DNA from: Haliotis rufescens | Lineage: Eukaryota | Reading direction: 5' to 3' | Assembly: GCF_023055435.1 (NCBI RefSeq) | Contig: NW_025963813.1 | Coordinates: 12,710,001 to 12,774,000 of the forward strand | Length of the DNA: 64,000 nucleotides | In this document: piece by piece, positions 13,129 to 26,608 of the stretch | Layout of the letters: each line of letters starts with the position of its first letter | How positions within the stretch are numbered: the stretch's first letter is position 1 | Made by a program: the position numbers and the translations under genes | Notes under the pieces: generated by a model | What the model saw: only the letters and a program-made list of their open reading frames with translations | What the model was told of the DNA's origin: nothing | The model's database searches: none

Positions 13129-14721
13129 TATAGTTTCTATAGATTTGTGTTGATTGTCATTTGTTCTGTCTTTGCTTAATCTGTTCCCTCTCTTTTCCCA
13201 CAGTTGTAAAAGTTACAAAATTAAATATTTTATCATTGTTGGCTGTTGGCACTAATTGGTGAGACTAAACAAAATTGGTTCTGCAAAGATGTTTTTTAAA
13301 TTGATGGGCATGCTGTGTTTTCATGTTCCGTTACTACAAAGGCAGGCCATGCGGGGGTGTAACTAATGAAGCAGCCTGTGAACTAAAGAACTCACGGAAA
13401 TGAAAAAAAACTGTTTTTTCGACCTCAGATCTTAAATAAATGCAGTTAATATACAAAATATGTAAATATTCAAACAACTCAATTAGTACTAATTGGGCCT
13501 TGGCACAAATGCAGCATATCAAAGGTTTTTATGACTTTTTACAAGTAAAAGTGTGTAAAAATGTGAATAAAACAGACTATTGTGAAACAGGGCATAACCA
13601 GGTGTAAGTAGATCAAGGTGAATGTCCATGACCTATGACACCTTGACGATAGGTGAGAACAGGTGCATAATGCCTATAGTCTGTTTCTGCTATGTCAATT
13701 TGGACTTTTTTTAATGTTGAAAGTGACGACAAATTACCTCCTGTAAAGTACATTTTGTATTGTTCACTGAGATCAAACTAGCAAATCCAGACTAGTACTT
13801 TTCGAGTTGTTTTGTTATTTCGTATATACAGCGACGTAACACTTTGTGTCGATTTTTAAATTGAGAAAAACAGTTTTTTTTCATTTCCGTGAGTACTTTA
13901 ATACCTTGTTTTAGCCTTGATACACCTTGTATTATTTGTACAGCAATTGTTTCCGAATGAGGTGCTGCTTGACAAGTGGTTGGTTGCTTTGTAATTGTTT
14001 TTGTTTCATTTTTACATTTCTGTATTTTCATATGCATTGTAAATAAGCACATAATATATTAGTTGTATATCTTGATATCAAGGGTGTCGTTTTGTTACGG
14101 ATACTGAGACCAGTTGTGTTGTAATGTTGTTCAAATGCATTGACGTTTGATTCTCTTTATTCATGAATTGCCATGTGTTGATTCAGACTTACTTAATGAT
14201 TTGAGGAAATTGTACAAACGTGCTAAAGAGGGGCTTGTTTGCCTTAAAAAATATTCTGCTTATTGGTTTGTACTGACAGTTTATGTGTTGCCATGACTAC
14301 TCAGATATTGGTTTGTTTTCAAACATTCAAGGAAGATTGGCATGATCCCTACATTAAGAACATGACAAACAGAAAGCTAATCATTTTGCGACAGCCGAGT
14401 CCTGTTCAGCAAAACAACTGTGACAACTGTGAGTGTCGGCAGTATTCAAGCTATTCATAACTTCCCCGAAAATAGTTGGGTTTGGTCAAAACAAACCAGT
14501 GGCAGATCTCATACATGCCGTTGGGCATAATGACACATCGGTCAGAGGTCATTGTGACCATCGCCTAATCCCCAGTTATTCATAAATACTCCTTTAACCT
14601 ACATTGTGTCATTTCAACAGATCCTAGTTCCACAAAGTTATGTTGGCACTAAGACAAGAGAATCATGCATACTTAACTAATAACAGGTGTTGTGTTAAGA
14701 CTGTTCTTATCATGGAGCCCC

Positions 14722-15263
14722 GGGCCTTTTTCCACAAAGCGATATGAGTGCTACGTTGATCGTAATCCTATGATAAAGTGTGGGAGTTACGACCAACTTA
14801 GCACTACGATCGCTTTGTGGAACAGGTTCCAGGGCCTTATTCCACAAAGCGATATGAGTGCTACGTTGATCGTAATCCTATGATAAAGTGTGGGAGTTAC
14901 GACCAACTTGGCACTACGATCGCTTTGTGGAACAGGTTCCAGGGCCTTATTCCACAAAGCGATATGAGTGCTATGTTGATCGTAATCCTATGATAAAGTG
15001 TGGGAGTTACGACCAACTTGGCACTACGATCGCTTTGTGGAACAGGTTCCAGGGCCTTATTCCACAAAGCGATATGAGTGCTATGTTGATCGTAATCCTA
15101 TGATAAAGTGTGGGAGTTACGACCAACTTAGCACTACGATCGCTTTGTGGAACAGGTTCCAGGGCCTTATTCCACAAAGTGATATGAGTGCTACGACAAC
15201 CTTAAGCCTGTTAAAGTATGGGAGTTAAGATCATATGAGCACTAAGATCACTTTGTGGGCCCA
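14722..15263. repeat. 110-bp tandem array (~5 units) of a MITE-like monomer
   Basis: gggcctt at 14722, 14832, 14942, 15052, 15162; internal IR ccacaaagcgat/atcgctttgtgg. Confidence 0.92.
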
Positions 15264-18200
15264 GCGCTGTTGACATTAAAATTTTGTGTTAAAGTGACCT
15301 GTATCCAACTAACTGACACTGCGACTTGGCAGGAGTCAAGCACTCGTTAAGACTTCTAATTGTGAATGTGCTGCAGACATCAAGTGCATTCTAAATTATT
15401 GTATGTTATTCTTTTGAGGAGGAATCTATTATGAAGTCGTTTGAGTTTTAGAATTAACCAGTAGGTGCCTTATCTTAGTACAAGCCAGTGACTCGGTCAT
15501 CTAGACTACTGTGATAATCTTCCCAGTAATAATTCGTAAATAATACTTTGTCATCAGTTTCATTATTTCCTATTTTGGTGATTATTGTTTTTTCACAGTT
15601 CCTGATTTGTTTCTTGAGTTTATTTCACCTCTTTGGATTTGAAGTGTCATGTCAATTGATAATTTTGTAAACTTTCTTTTACTTAAGCATGTAAAGATTT
15701 TAGAGAAGGCATTTTGAACCTTATTGTTGTTGAAACATTGCTGTAATTAAATGTATATATTGTAGATAAATTCCCTGTGTTCTGTCAGGGTTGTGATGCA
15801 GTGTGCATGTATTCTTACTGAAGCCAGACGAATCTGCTCTCCTGTTTCACAGGCAAGCCTTCCTCATCTGGCCCAAAATTGAAATAAATAGTGACATTTT
15901 GTTTGATTGAATTTTGATTACAAATTTCTTATTTTGGTTCTTAAATGTATTTCTTGTCAGGAGGAGAAGAAGAAAGTAAACTTTGATCTGACATAGTGTA
16001 ACAGCATCCCTTGAAAGAAACATCTTCTGGATTGAACACCTTATAATTGGGACTATCTTTCTGTATATTGAAAATAATCATGTGAAGTTATAAAATAACT
16101 TATGTGTGTGGTTTATTCAAACATGTCAAACTACAAATTGGATTAACTTTTTGCCAAGATTTATTGTTGAAGTTTGGGCTTGGAAAATCCTTGATAAATC
16201 CATGATGCAAGCCTGTATGTGGTACCATGGAGATGTTTGTTTCTTCTTTCCACAGCTTTGTGACCCACTGATTTAGCACTTAACGTGTTGAGCAGAGTTC
16301 AGTCCCTTGGACAGACCAGAATCTGCTGGTCGTGGGGTTCAATCAGATTTGCCCTAATTCTTCAGTTGTTACACAAAGCCGAGTGGCAACAAGACACATG
16401 ACACTTTACCTTTCCTCCATCTTGTAGCTGACATGCAATCATATAACTGGAATATGTCCAAGCGGCACTAAACACAACTCATTTCGTGCCAAAGGGATTT
16501 TGACTGCATTACGACTTGTTTGCAACCATCAGTATGTGTTCTTTATTTTGATTGGCTGCTTTGGTCACAAGAAAAATGAAAGCTGTCATTTCATTGGCTG
16601 TATGACCTCTTAAAAGCTCTTCTCATTACATAAATCTCATTTACCATTTCAAATGTAACATTCCAAGTATGTTCCAATGCTTTTATTAATGTAAAACTGA
16701 ACTTTCTGGTACCGTATTCACTGTAATACGTGCCTGAGGCTCTTAGAAAATTGTGATTGGTGCGCTTGTTCAAACCAGAAAAAAACTTTCAATTTATTTG
16801 CAGAGATTGAGCGATAGTGGACAAGCAGTTCAAACGTCGATGGAATTAAAATATTTTCGAGGATATTCACTTAGCAGTTAAAATATATACTCCATCTTTA
16901 CAACTGTCTCATGTAAAAGAAATCTGTAATATTGATGCTTAAATGTTTGGTCCGAGTAGGGGTGAAGATAACTTGGTCTTGAAGTTGGTCGGGGGGCTTA
17001 ATAAGGCAAATATGGTAGGTGTGAATTTAACAGACAGAAATCCATTACTTTGGAATGCAAGAAATGTATCTTACATAACATCATAATGTAATATATACTT
17101 CATATACTTCATGTTATTGAGAGTTGTCAAGGAGATCATACCTTTGGTGTAGGCTGCAAAATATGGCATCAAGTTTCTTTGCATCCATGGTGAACCTTGT
17201 TTGGTTCATTCAGTTTTTGACACCCTAAACACACAGTTACTTATAAAAGTATTCATTACCGGTAGTTAAATACTGAAGAACTTGTCCCAGTTCCACTGAT
17301 GCAAACTCAACACTCAACAAGTGAAGTTTTTTAATTCATACAGCTGTACAGAGCTGCTAACACACAGATTGAGGAAATTATGTCGGATAATTGGGATCCA
17401 AAATTAATAATTTTAATAAAATATTATGCAAGTTATTATGATTCAGATATTGTCTTGATTTTTTTATGCACGTTCGTCACCTAATTTAGATTCTGGTATA
17501 TATATATTCAATAAATATTGAGCTACTCAGGGCTTCTTTACATATTTTATTTGCAGAAATTCAATGTAGTAGCTTTGTTTGATAAAAATGAATGAAACTG
17601 ATGGATTTGCAGTGTCAATAACTGACAAAGCTTTTTGACAACTTTTTAAAATAGATTTCAAACGTTTCATGGAATTTGGTAATGATATGGCAATGATTCC
17701 GCTATCTTTGGTTGTAGCGCTGAGAATATTTCGTGAAGTTGGACCCCTGGTTTCTGCACACAAATGCACTATGTATTCCCTCTCTGAAACCCCATTGATA
17801 TGGACTTTATTAGTAAAAAAATAATATTTTTTGACACGAAGTATTATGGATAGAAACATGATTATTGTGTATTTACGTCCATGTTTCTGCTGAGTGGACA
17901 GATTTACAAATCTTTACTGCTAGTTGTACCTGTATGTTTGTATATGAAGCTTGTGGCATATCTGAACTGTGTATAAAGGTTTATTCATGTCGTAAGGCCG
18001 CCTTGCTTGAATCTGTAGTTTAGGACAATGTTATGGTTTTACCATTGTATTCAAATAACTTGTATTTGATGACATGTCTTTATTAATATCAGAATACATT
18101 TGAGGGTTATTTGAATAGCTACAACTCTTTGTGGATGTCCTTCATTCTTTTATTCCTTTTGAAGAATAATAAACATCAAGAAATACACAAATTTCTGCGA

Positions 18201-19287
18201 AAAGCTCAACACAATGCATGTTTTCATGACTCCTCCAGTCGTGGGGGCGGTCGTAGTTAAGCGTTCGCTCGTCATGCTGAAGACCCGTGTTCGATTCCCG
18301 ACATGGGTACAATGTGTGAAGCCCATTTGAAAAAAAATAATTTTTTGGTACCAGGTCAACATAAAACCTTTTGGTTTGTTTTCATATTTTACTTTTATGT
18401 TGTCAGTATTGTATTGTATTGATAAGTTTCTCCAATAATACCAAAAATCAGATGAATATAGAGATGAATAGTTACAGTTGGTAACTTTGAGAATAACTTA
18501 TGTATGTGAGGTTTACATGTTTGACCTCATGGAATCCTTTTTGTTAGTTTTAAGTGCTCAGCCTTGGCAATGGGTAAAATCTTATAAATTAGAACCATAA
18601 CATCAATGAAGATGACATGAAAAATGTGTATTTCTTGCATGTTGTACGAGGTTCTTGTTACTTGATGTGTGTCTTCGGGAACTGAAACTCCCATCAACTA
18701 ATGTCTTTATATTCGGTTGTATCAAATTTTCATGCCACCATCCTAACATTAACAAGTCATTAATGGAGGTTTAGGGGTTTCGTTAACCCATTATTAAGCC
18801 AAACAAGCCTGATAACATCTTCCAAGTACGTTGTTGAAATGCAGGGTCCATGTTTTCATCGAGACTGCCATAACATGTAAACTTCATTAATGATAGCTTA
18901 ATGACCGCTTTGTACATTCAGAATATGAAAACATCTGTGAATGAAGATTTGATACAACCGGTTCCAGAAGCCTGATCAAGGAGTATAAGATAAGAGTATA
19001 CCACAGATGTTGAGTTATCTAAATCAAAGACTGTCCAGGATGGCAAAGAACTTTCAGCTCAACAGTGGTATAACATTCAGAACAAAGATCCAAGCAAGTT
19101 TGCAGATCCACGGAAGAATGAGAATGTCTTGACTGTGCTTGTGTTCTTCACCAACAGTTTGTATGCTCACTGCTGGTCTTGACTGCAAGGTTATGACTGG
19201 CCTTCCTGTACTGTATAGTATCTCATTGTCCTGGAGGAAACCAGGTGTGGAATAAATCATTTTCAGTATGCATGAGCTTGTTCTTTG

Positions 19288-19640
19288 TTATCCCCCGCCG
19301 CGCGAAAGCGCGAAGCGGGGGATATAGTATTCACGACCGTCCGTACGTACGTCCGTACGTCCGTCCGTACGTCCCACCTGTTTGTTGCCGCGATATCTCA
19401 AGAACTAAACACTGGATTGTCTTCATATTTGGAACTATGGTGTATATACAGACTCCGCAGACACCAGTCGGTTTTGGTGACCTTGATCCCATTTTCAAGG
19501 TCACAGCAGGCAAATCTGCTTTTGGAGTTGGAAAACGGTGTTGCCACAATATCTCAAGAACTAATCGCTGGATTGTCTTCATATTTGGTACTATGGTGTA
19601 CAGGCGGGGGATATTTCGTCACCCTGTGACAAATACTTGT
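19288..19640 (+). mobile_element. Non-autonomous Helentron/DINE-1-like element (HINE); degenerate relative at ~40213-40700
   Basis: Subterminal IR atcccccgc/gcgggggat, (gtcc/gtac)n microsatellite, two internal tandem units, 3' gcgggggatat plus small hairpin gtcaccctgtgac; TT context. Confidence 0.8.
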
Positions 19641-19883
19641 TTGGTTTGGTTTGTTGCTTAACGCCGCACTCAGCAATATTCCAGCTATATGACGGCGGTC
19701 TGTAAATAATCGAGTCTGGACCAGACAATCCAGTGATATATATCATGAGCATCGATCCTCGCAATTGGGATCGATGACATGCATCAACCAAGTCAGCAAG
19801 CCTGACCACCCGATCCCGTTAGTCGCTTTTACGGCAAGCATGGGTTGCTGAAGACCTATTCTACCCCGGAATCTTCACGGGTC
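19641..19883 (-). mobile_element. SINE-like family C
   Basis: Reverse-complement consensus. Confidence 0.88.
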
Positions 19884-20306
19884 TCTTTGTTCTGGGACAA
19901 AGGTTGCCCAGTTGCTGCAATTTACAATGCAGAGTTGTATCCCTTTAAGTTTGCCTTGAATGAATTTGCAAAACTCACAGTATGAAGCAAAGTTGTGCTT
20001 AGTGCCGAAATTTTCCCCCAAAGGCACTAAGTTTGGAATCGGTCATAAATCTCTGTGTATGTCAGGTTCCTCTGTTCTCATGAATTTGGGGTGCAGTCGA
20101 ATGTGTGAAGCCCATTTCTGGTGTCCCTCGCTGTGATATTGCTTGAATATTGCTAAAAGCAGTGTAAAACCACTCACCCACTCTTATGGGTTTGGCCCAA
20201 GTGGCAAACTGCCTTGGTGGTTCGATCCCCTGATCGCATCACACCTGGAATATTCCTACATGAGATTCAAAACACATTCTAGACAAACAGGATTTCTCTT
20301 ATAATT

Positions 20307-20312
20307 TTTATT
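20307..20312 (-). promoter_or_regulatory. Candidate MRPL20 polyadenylation signal (AATAAA)
   Basis: tttatt on the plus strand, ~1.4 kb past the stop, where minus-strand T-richness ends. Confidence 0.35.
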
Positions 20313-21693
20313 TCAAGTTATACAAACAACATTTGGCAGAGACTAAATAAACCAAGGGTAACGCTGCTCTAACACGCTCTCTTGACACAATGTACACACA
20401 CACACACACGCACTTTCTGGTGTCCTGACCTTAAGAACCTCTATAGACTTCTAATGTCATCAAACACACACCCAGTAGCCTGGCTCAATCGCTGCCTTTG
20501 TTATTGGATTTTGGACATCACTGAAAAACCTATTGCTTTAAATATCCAAATGTTTGTCATATTGTACTCATTGTTATTTATCTTCATAATGCAAAATCAT
20601 TTGCATCAGATCTTTCACTCCGGTATCATGCCAATCTGCATCCAAATCCTTTGGTCACGTCAGGTGAACTGTCTGATCAACCAATCATGTTCAGACGTAT
20701 AAATTTTCAGTACGAAAAAGCATTCAGATAGGTATAATTGACTACTGTATTGAGAAAAAAAATAGTTCAGACAATAACCCCAGCCCACCCCTCGTGTGTG
20801 TGTGTGAGAGAGAAATGTTTGTGGGTTTCAATTTGTACAAATTAAGACGTTTTACATCAAGGTGGTACAGAAATGAAGCCAAATGGTTTAAGGAAGCTGA
20901 CATTTGATTTGCTCAAGAACAAACACATCCTTCCTTTTAATCGTGTGGTTCTTCCGATCTTCACACAGAGAGGCATTGTATCCGATTCCAATGAGAGTGA
21001 TACCAAATTTGAGACTGTAGTCTTTTACTTGTGAAAGGGCAGGATTCTTGGGATGGTTAACCCAGTGTACCATAACATGAACCTATGTCTATCATCACAT
21101 TCAATATTTTCTCGATGTCGAGGCTGGTTCACCTAAAAGGTGCATTCATTCCAATAACCCTTCCAAAATATGCTTCATTGACTAAGGTCCCACAATGCAT
21201 CAATGAACAAAACATCAAACAATTGTCATGTTATACAAGGTGGTATAAATATTATATAGCATAGAGCAATCACATATTACGAACAGTTCACATTGTAGAA
21301 AACTCTTAAGTAAAATCAACTTGTATTCATGGCATAAATACAAAGCAAAGAGCCCTTGCACAAGAAGTGTTCACACAAGCTCAGAAAGCTTGATTTTAGA
21401 CAGATCTTAACATGCTTCAGGTGGTCTTGAACACACCAGGAATGATACTTTACAGTATACAGGTTGTACAATGGTGGAAAATACTGAATGGCATAGACAA
21501 GCACTTGCACAAATGACAGTTGAACATAAGGTTCACACAGCGTCCTCAGACTGATGTTTATGTGATCTTGAACATAATCAACAATAATTTAAAGCAATTC
21601 TGTGTCCATCACTCGTTTTGTTAGTTACTCTGTCCATGTGCTCAGCACCTGTCATACATTGAGACCAGTCATCATGGTCATACAGTCACACTG

Positions 21694-21792
21694 CTAGAGC
21701 ATGCCTCTTGTAATGACACCACTCGGCGCCGATAGCGTAGCGGCGCCAAGACCCATTTCACTTGATCTCTGTTTGCAGAATTCGCACAAGCT
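21694..21792 (-). CDS. MRPL20: MRPL20 exon 5 (terminal)
   Basis: ctccacag|AGC...TAG; SL...PSGVITRGML* resembles the metazoan C-terminus. Confidence 0.88.
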   Translation of the reverse strand, partial: SLCEFCKQRSSEMGLGAATLSAPSGVITRGML

Positions 21793-24700
21793 CTGTGGAG
21801 AAATAAATATATTGAAATATGTCCGTGATGATATAAAAAGCAGAATATGGTGTCTTGACACAGTAACAACTTTGGAAATTAGATGCCAAAAGGCAGTTTA
21901 AATATTTTTCATACCTTACACTAAGCAGCTAAATATTTATCATCAACATTTATCACCACAACAAAGGGCAAGAAAAGACATTGACAGGCAGGTTTTTCTG
22001 AATATTTAGTATATTTTTGAAGAATTTGGTGTTCTCAGAATCCCCGCGGCATTGGGCACATTAGAATTTTGTTCGTATTGTAGTGACGATAAACTATTTT
22101 AAAAAAAGCGTTTGATAAAGCCTGAAGAAGAGATGGACACTTGGGCCACATTCATGTCATCAGAAAAAATGATTATATGTGAAATAAATACACACAAAAG
22201 GGTCCTTCTCTGAAAAATATAAGTATCTCTTTGATAAGCTAACTTCAGTAGTTTCTGAGAAAACTTGTCCCCATTTCATGCAGTATGCATTGAATTTAAA
22301 AGCACGGAACAAGGGCCATAACTCTGTAAAAAATGAAAATATGACACCAATAATGGAGATGAACTGAGGATCACCCTCGGTCGTGAGACAATTACAGAGA
22401 GAGAATAACCGTCACATCACTACAGTATAACTATCATAACTGAATAAACAGCAGAGGTGTTCCGTGTGGACGAGGTATCTTTTTGATTTGCAGAAGGACA
22501 CAATATGAACAGAGAAATGTACCAACAATAGTTGATAATAATGAACATTTCAAGTATTTAGATTGAGCTGTATCCATGCCGTAAAGCATGCTCACTGTGC
22601 TAAACAATTATTACCCCTTATAGCAGATCTGTGTTCATTCAAAGTGAATTTTCAGCAACAACACAAGTTATCTGTTAGCAAAGGAGGTTGGCATTCACAG
22701 TACCGCCAAATCCTACCAGGTACCCATTAACTGCTGGAGGGCACCATTTTAACAAAGCAACCAGCCTAAGGAGACACTAATTTCAACGTGTGTTTCCTGT
22801 TTGAGTTCAGAGAAACTCCTTCACTGACCCCAAGCAACCAGTGTTCTCCACCATGCACAGGACCCCATGCCTTCCCCCCAGTTGGGGAGGAAAGTATACC
22901 ATCTTCTAGTATCACCATGATTATCTTACTGAAATGCATTTATCTGTGACTATTATTGACATATTTACCTGAAACGTCCTCGGCTCATAAATGGCAATAT
23001 CAGCCAACACCTTCCTGTTGAGGGCAATGTTGGACTGAAATGCAGGGAAACAGTATACAGGAAACGAAATCTTGTTACAAGGGATTGCATATATATTTCG
23101 AATATAATTTGTATTTAAGTCCACAAGTCATGTACATGATGCAGACCAGGCCAAATTATTTTCTTCTGTTTCAACGTTCATGGTCAATATGGCAACCGGC
23201 AGGAAGGAATGCACTACAAATGTTGTCAGATTTGATTTGGAGTTAATTAATTAAAAAAACAACCATGAAATAAATATTTGAACAATAAATACAAACATAC
23301 AGATATTAAAAAACTTACTGTTTGACTACTATTAATCAAATACAGCATTTTACAATGTTTTGTAAACAAGATACATGGATAGACTTGTCAGTAAAATTAA
23401 AATAAACGAAATGTGGTATCCTATCAAACAAGGTACTGTGTGGCCTAGACTGAGATAAAGTCTCCGAAACAAAGTTATGTGTAAGGTAAAATATAAATAA
23501 TTCCATAAACATGATAAAGGAACCATTAGGAACACTCAACTCTCTTAATTTCAGAGAGCTGAGAATGGGATGATTTGGCTGCTTGAGCTGAGAAGGGGAT
23601 GAGAGTGACATGAGGGTGATTGTATATTACATACATGTATATGCTCTTAGGACTGTAAAGTTCTGTACTGAGGAAATGATGAAGGCTTACATTAGAACAT
23701 GATCATTATGATACAGTGTGATTACACTTGTCTTATCCCTACACAAATTAACATGTCACCACCTTCCTTACCTCTGCCAGAGACGTCATGAACTTGGACA
23801 GACCGATGCCATGTTCCCCACATGCTGCTGAGATCCTCGTCTCCCACAGCTAGAATTACAGTTAAATACAAAATACATTTGATACTGCAAATTCACAGTG
23901 CACCAAGATGAGGTAATTTGTGGCATGGCATACAGATATTTGAAAGTTGTTAAAATTCCCAGATCATACATGTAACCTGTAACAGACATTGGATTGCCTT
24001 GTTTAGGCTGTTACAGTTGGTTTAAACACCATTATCTATAGACAGTATTTCAGCAAGTAAACTAAACGTGGGATGAACGTGATGAAAGCCCAAATGACAC
24101 ACAGATCATAGATATTTTAGCATGTTAAGTTGGAACTTTCTTGCATCACATGATTCAGATTTTAATTTCAACTGACAGAAATTATCAGAATACCAGTATT
24201 TCTAACATACCTGTTTCATGCTCTTCTTTTTCTGAGAGCGTGCTCTGTTGGAGTGTTGGAGAGCCCGTCTCACTGAGCGAATAGAGATACCATAACAGTT
24301 CCGTTTCCGGCCCAGGAAATTCTGTAAACATATAATATATACTGGAATGTCTAATTAAGAATTAGTTTCATATATTAATATAACCTGTTCATGGAGAGTA
24401 CTGCATTTCACTGGGTGCTTTTTTGCTACTGCCAATTAGCATGAATAGCACTGTGTGAATAGAGGATCAGACTCTCACTCCCAGCAAGGCAGAACTTGTG
24501 AATTAGTCAACACCTTACAACTGCTATAACAAATAACTATGGTGCTCATTTATATTGTGGTCACACTTGAGTTTTAACATTTGTGTGCATGCGCAGAAGC
24601 CACATATTTCTGTGAACTTTTAACTCCAAAATGACAAGAACTTGCAGAATACATTGGACTTATTCATTAAAATAATTGCAATAACGGGTCCTAACTCACA

Positions 24701-25693
24701 AACAACCCACAGGACAAAGAATACCAAACCCTAAGGATTGTAAAGGAGTGTTTGATCAACAACAGGTGTGCAACCCTAAAAATTGAAAAGGGGTGCTTGC
24801 TAATGCTTGGAAAGGGGATACAAGGGCTAAGTAAGGATAGAGTTGATAGAAACCTACCTACCCTATCCACAATCATAACACAGCATACTACAATCTGTTG
24901 GGCTCCAAATGAGATCAATGAATTCCCAAATTACTCAAAATTTGAATAGTCTATTAAATGTCAATATGGTACACAGTAATGAATACCCTGTACTCAACAA
25001 TATCTGTAGTGTGTTATTTTATTCCCATCACTGGAATAAGTTGTTTCTGTATACGTTTTTGTTTGGAGCCAAACGGACTGAAGACGATCTCTACCAACGG
25101 AGCTTTGACCCAACGAATATGGCTAACCTGAAACTAAAATTCTCATCAAATTTGTTCCAGTTTTGGAGCCTTTATACTTTATTTGGCTGACCCATACCCA
25201 AATTTGGAGAACCTGTACCCAAATGTGGAGGACCAATACTCAAATTTGGAGAACCGGAACCCCAAATGTTAATGTTTGGGGAAATATTGGAAATTGGGTC
25301 CTTAGAAATAACTAAAAGTTTGAGCTTTGCCATTGTATTTGACAGATGTCCTTGGGCTTTGGACATTTTGGACTAAAGATCGACATAAGTAAAGTCAGTG
25401 AAGATAACTTCCGTTGATGTTTCATACATCCCTGCTACACATGATACAAAACGCATATAACAGAAAGCATTCAAATCCATTTTAATGTCATGCAAAAATC
25501 ATTTTGATTTTCTTCAGGATTTTCTTCATGCTATTTGTATGACGCAAGATATTGATCTTGAACTTGCAGAGAACTCAAGCAACTAATACGCCGTCAAACG
25601 AAATATTACCCATGACATCCTTCTAAGCATAGCCCTCTTAAAGTAGCGTTGGGGGCCCCTAGACCTCGCCATACAGCAGACAGTCAAATACAT
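21694..25693 (-). CDS. MRPL20: Mitochondrial ribosomal protein L20 (bL20m); 5 coding exons: 25693-25610, 24321-24211, 23849-23772, 23034-22969, 21792-21694 (438 nt, 145 aa)
   Basis: Spliced: MYLTVCCMARSRGPQRYFKRAMLRRMSW NFLGRKRNCYGISIRSVRRALQHSNRARSQKKKSMKQ LWETRISAACGEHGIGLSKFMTSLAE SNIALNRKVLADIAIYEPRTFQ SLCEFCKQRSSEMGLGAATLSAPSGVITRGML*. Shows bL20 motifs GRKxxCY, LWxxRI and LNRKVLADxAIYEPxTF; all introns are phase-0 GT-AG. Confidence 0.95.
22969..23034 (-). CDS. MRPL20: MRPL20 exon 4
   Basis: tttcag|TCC...CAG|gtaaat; LNRKVLADIAIYEPRTF. Confidence 0.95.
23772..23849 (-). CDS. MRPL20: MRPL20 exon 3
   Basis: ttctag|CTG...GAG|gtaagg; LWETRISAACGEHG. Confidence 0.94.
24211..24321 (-). CDS. 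MRPL20: MRPL20 exon 2
   Basis: tttacag|AAT...CAG|gtatgt; FLGRKRNCY. Confidence 0.94.
25610..25693 (-). CDS. MRPL20: MRPL20 coding exon 1
   Basis: ATG at 25693; TGG|gtaata donor. Confidence 0.88.
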
Positions 25694-26608
25694 GATGTCA
25701 CTATGATGTCAACAACAGGTATTCCAGGATATCCTTCTTATATTTCACAAGCGGACCCGGTAGATCCGTTAACATGTGTTTTCCGACTTATCTTCCCTTG
25801 GCAGGTGCCCGTTTCCGGAATTCATTGCAGCATATTCAATACAACTGTTTACAATTACAAAACTTAATTGCGACTTCAATCGAAAAATAGTCGAACTTTG
25901 AGTTTTCATTTATCTGTCGGTGAAAAGGTTTTTGAATAATTAACATGAGTAACATATTAAATCCTATGTTTGGTCTTTCAAATGTATTAAATGACAGCTG
26001 ACTGACAAAAAATACAATCATAGTTATAAACTGAAAACAGAACTTTTCCATTGCTGTTCCATCATTCATGGTTATTGTTGTTGTTTTTTCGAGTAAGAAC
26101 GCACTCGCAGTGGGAACCTTAAAAGTAATGCTTTGCCAGTTGACCAATAAACTAATGTAAATTTCAAAACCGGTTTCGAACAAAAATACATGGTTTCTTT
26201 GCAAGGGTCACCAATCACGATCTCTCAACACCCAGATCAGTTGATCCTTTTGTACCATGCGATTCTCAGTCTAAAGCTGAAATAAAATTGTAGTTAAGTA
26301 TTCATTTATTCAACAAGGCATTCCCTTGTCCCGTCATTCATTTTAGTAACATTGACATTCCCTTGTCCCGTCATTCATTTTAGTAACATTGACATTGATT
26401 GCGCACTCGTTTTGAATTGTTTGATTTTACAATGAGTAGTCGTCGTGCAAGTTGTATATTGTAATTTCACGACCCAGCCAACCTTCACCTTGAATGTCAC
26501 GTCGGTCAGTCAAAGCCGTAAGCTTTCCGGATCACACCATTCTCAGGACGTGTGGCGTGGACGACAGTTGACAGATATTTTATCACTTAACCAAAATCAA
26601 CCGACACG
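25694..26608. promoter_or_regulatory. Bidirectional promoter region shared by MRPL20 and PGD
   Basis: Divergent start codons ~915 bp apart; higher CpG density; ETS-like TTCCGG near 25813 and 26525; CCAAT near 26144 and 26210. Confidence 0.7.
26319..26396. repeat. 37-bp perfect tandem duplication in the promoter
   Basis: cattcccttgtcccgtcattcattttagtaacattga x2. Confidence 0.92.

Noticed and set aside
19000-19260. Coding-looking short ORFs on both strands
   Set aside because: No recognisable homology or clear splice context; cannot be supported.
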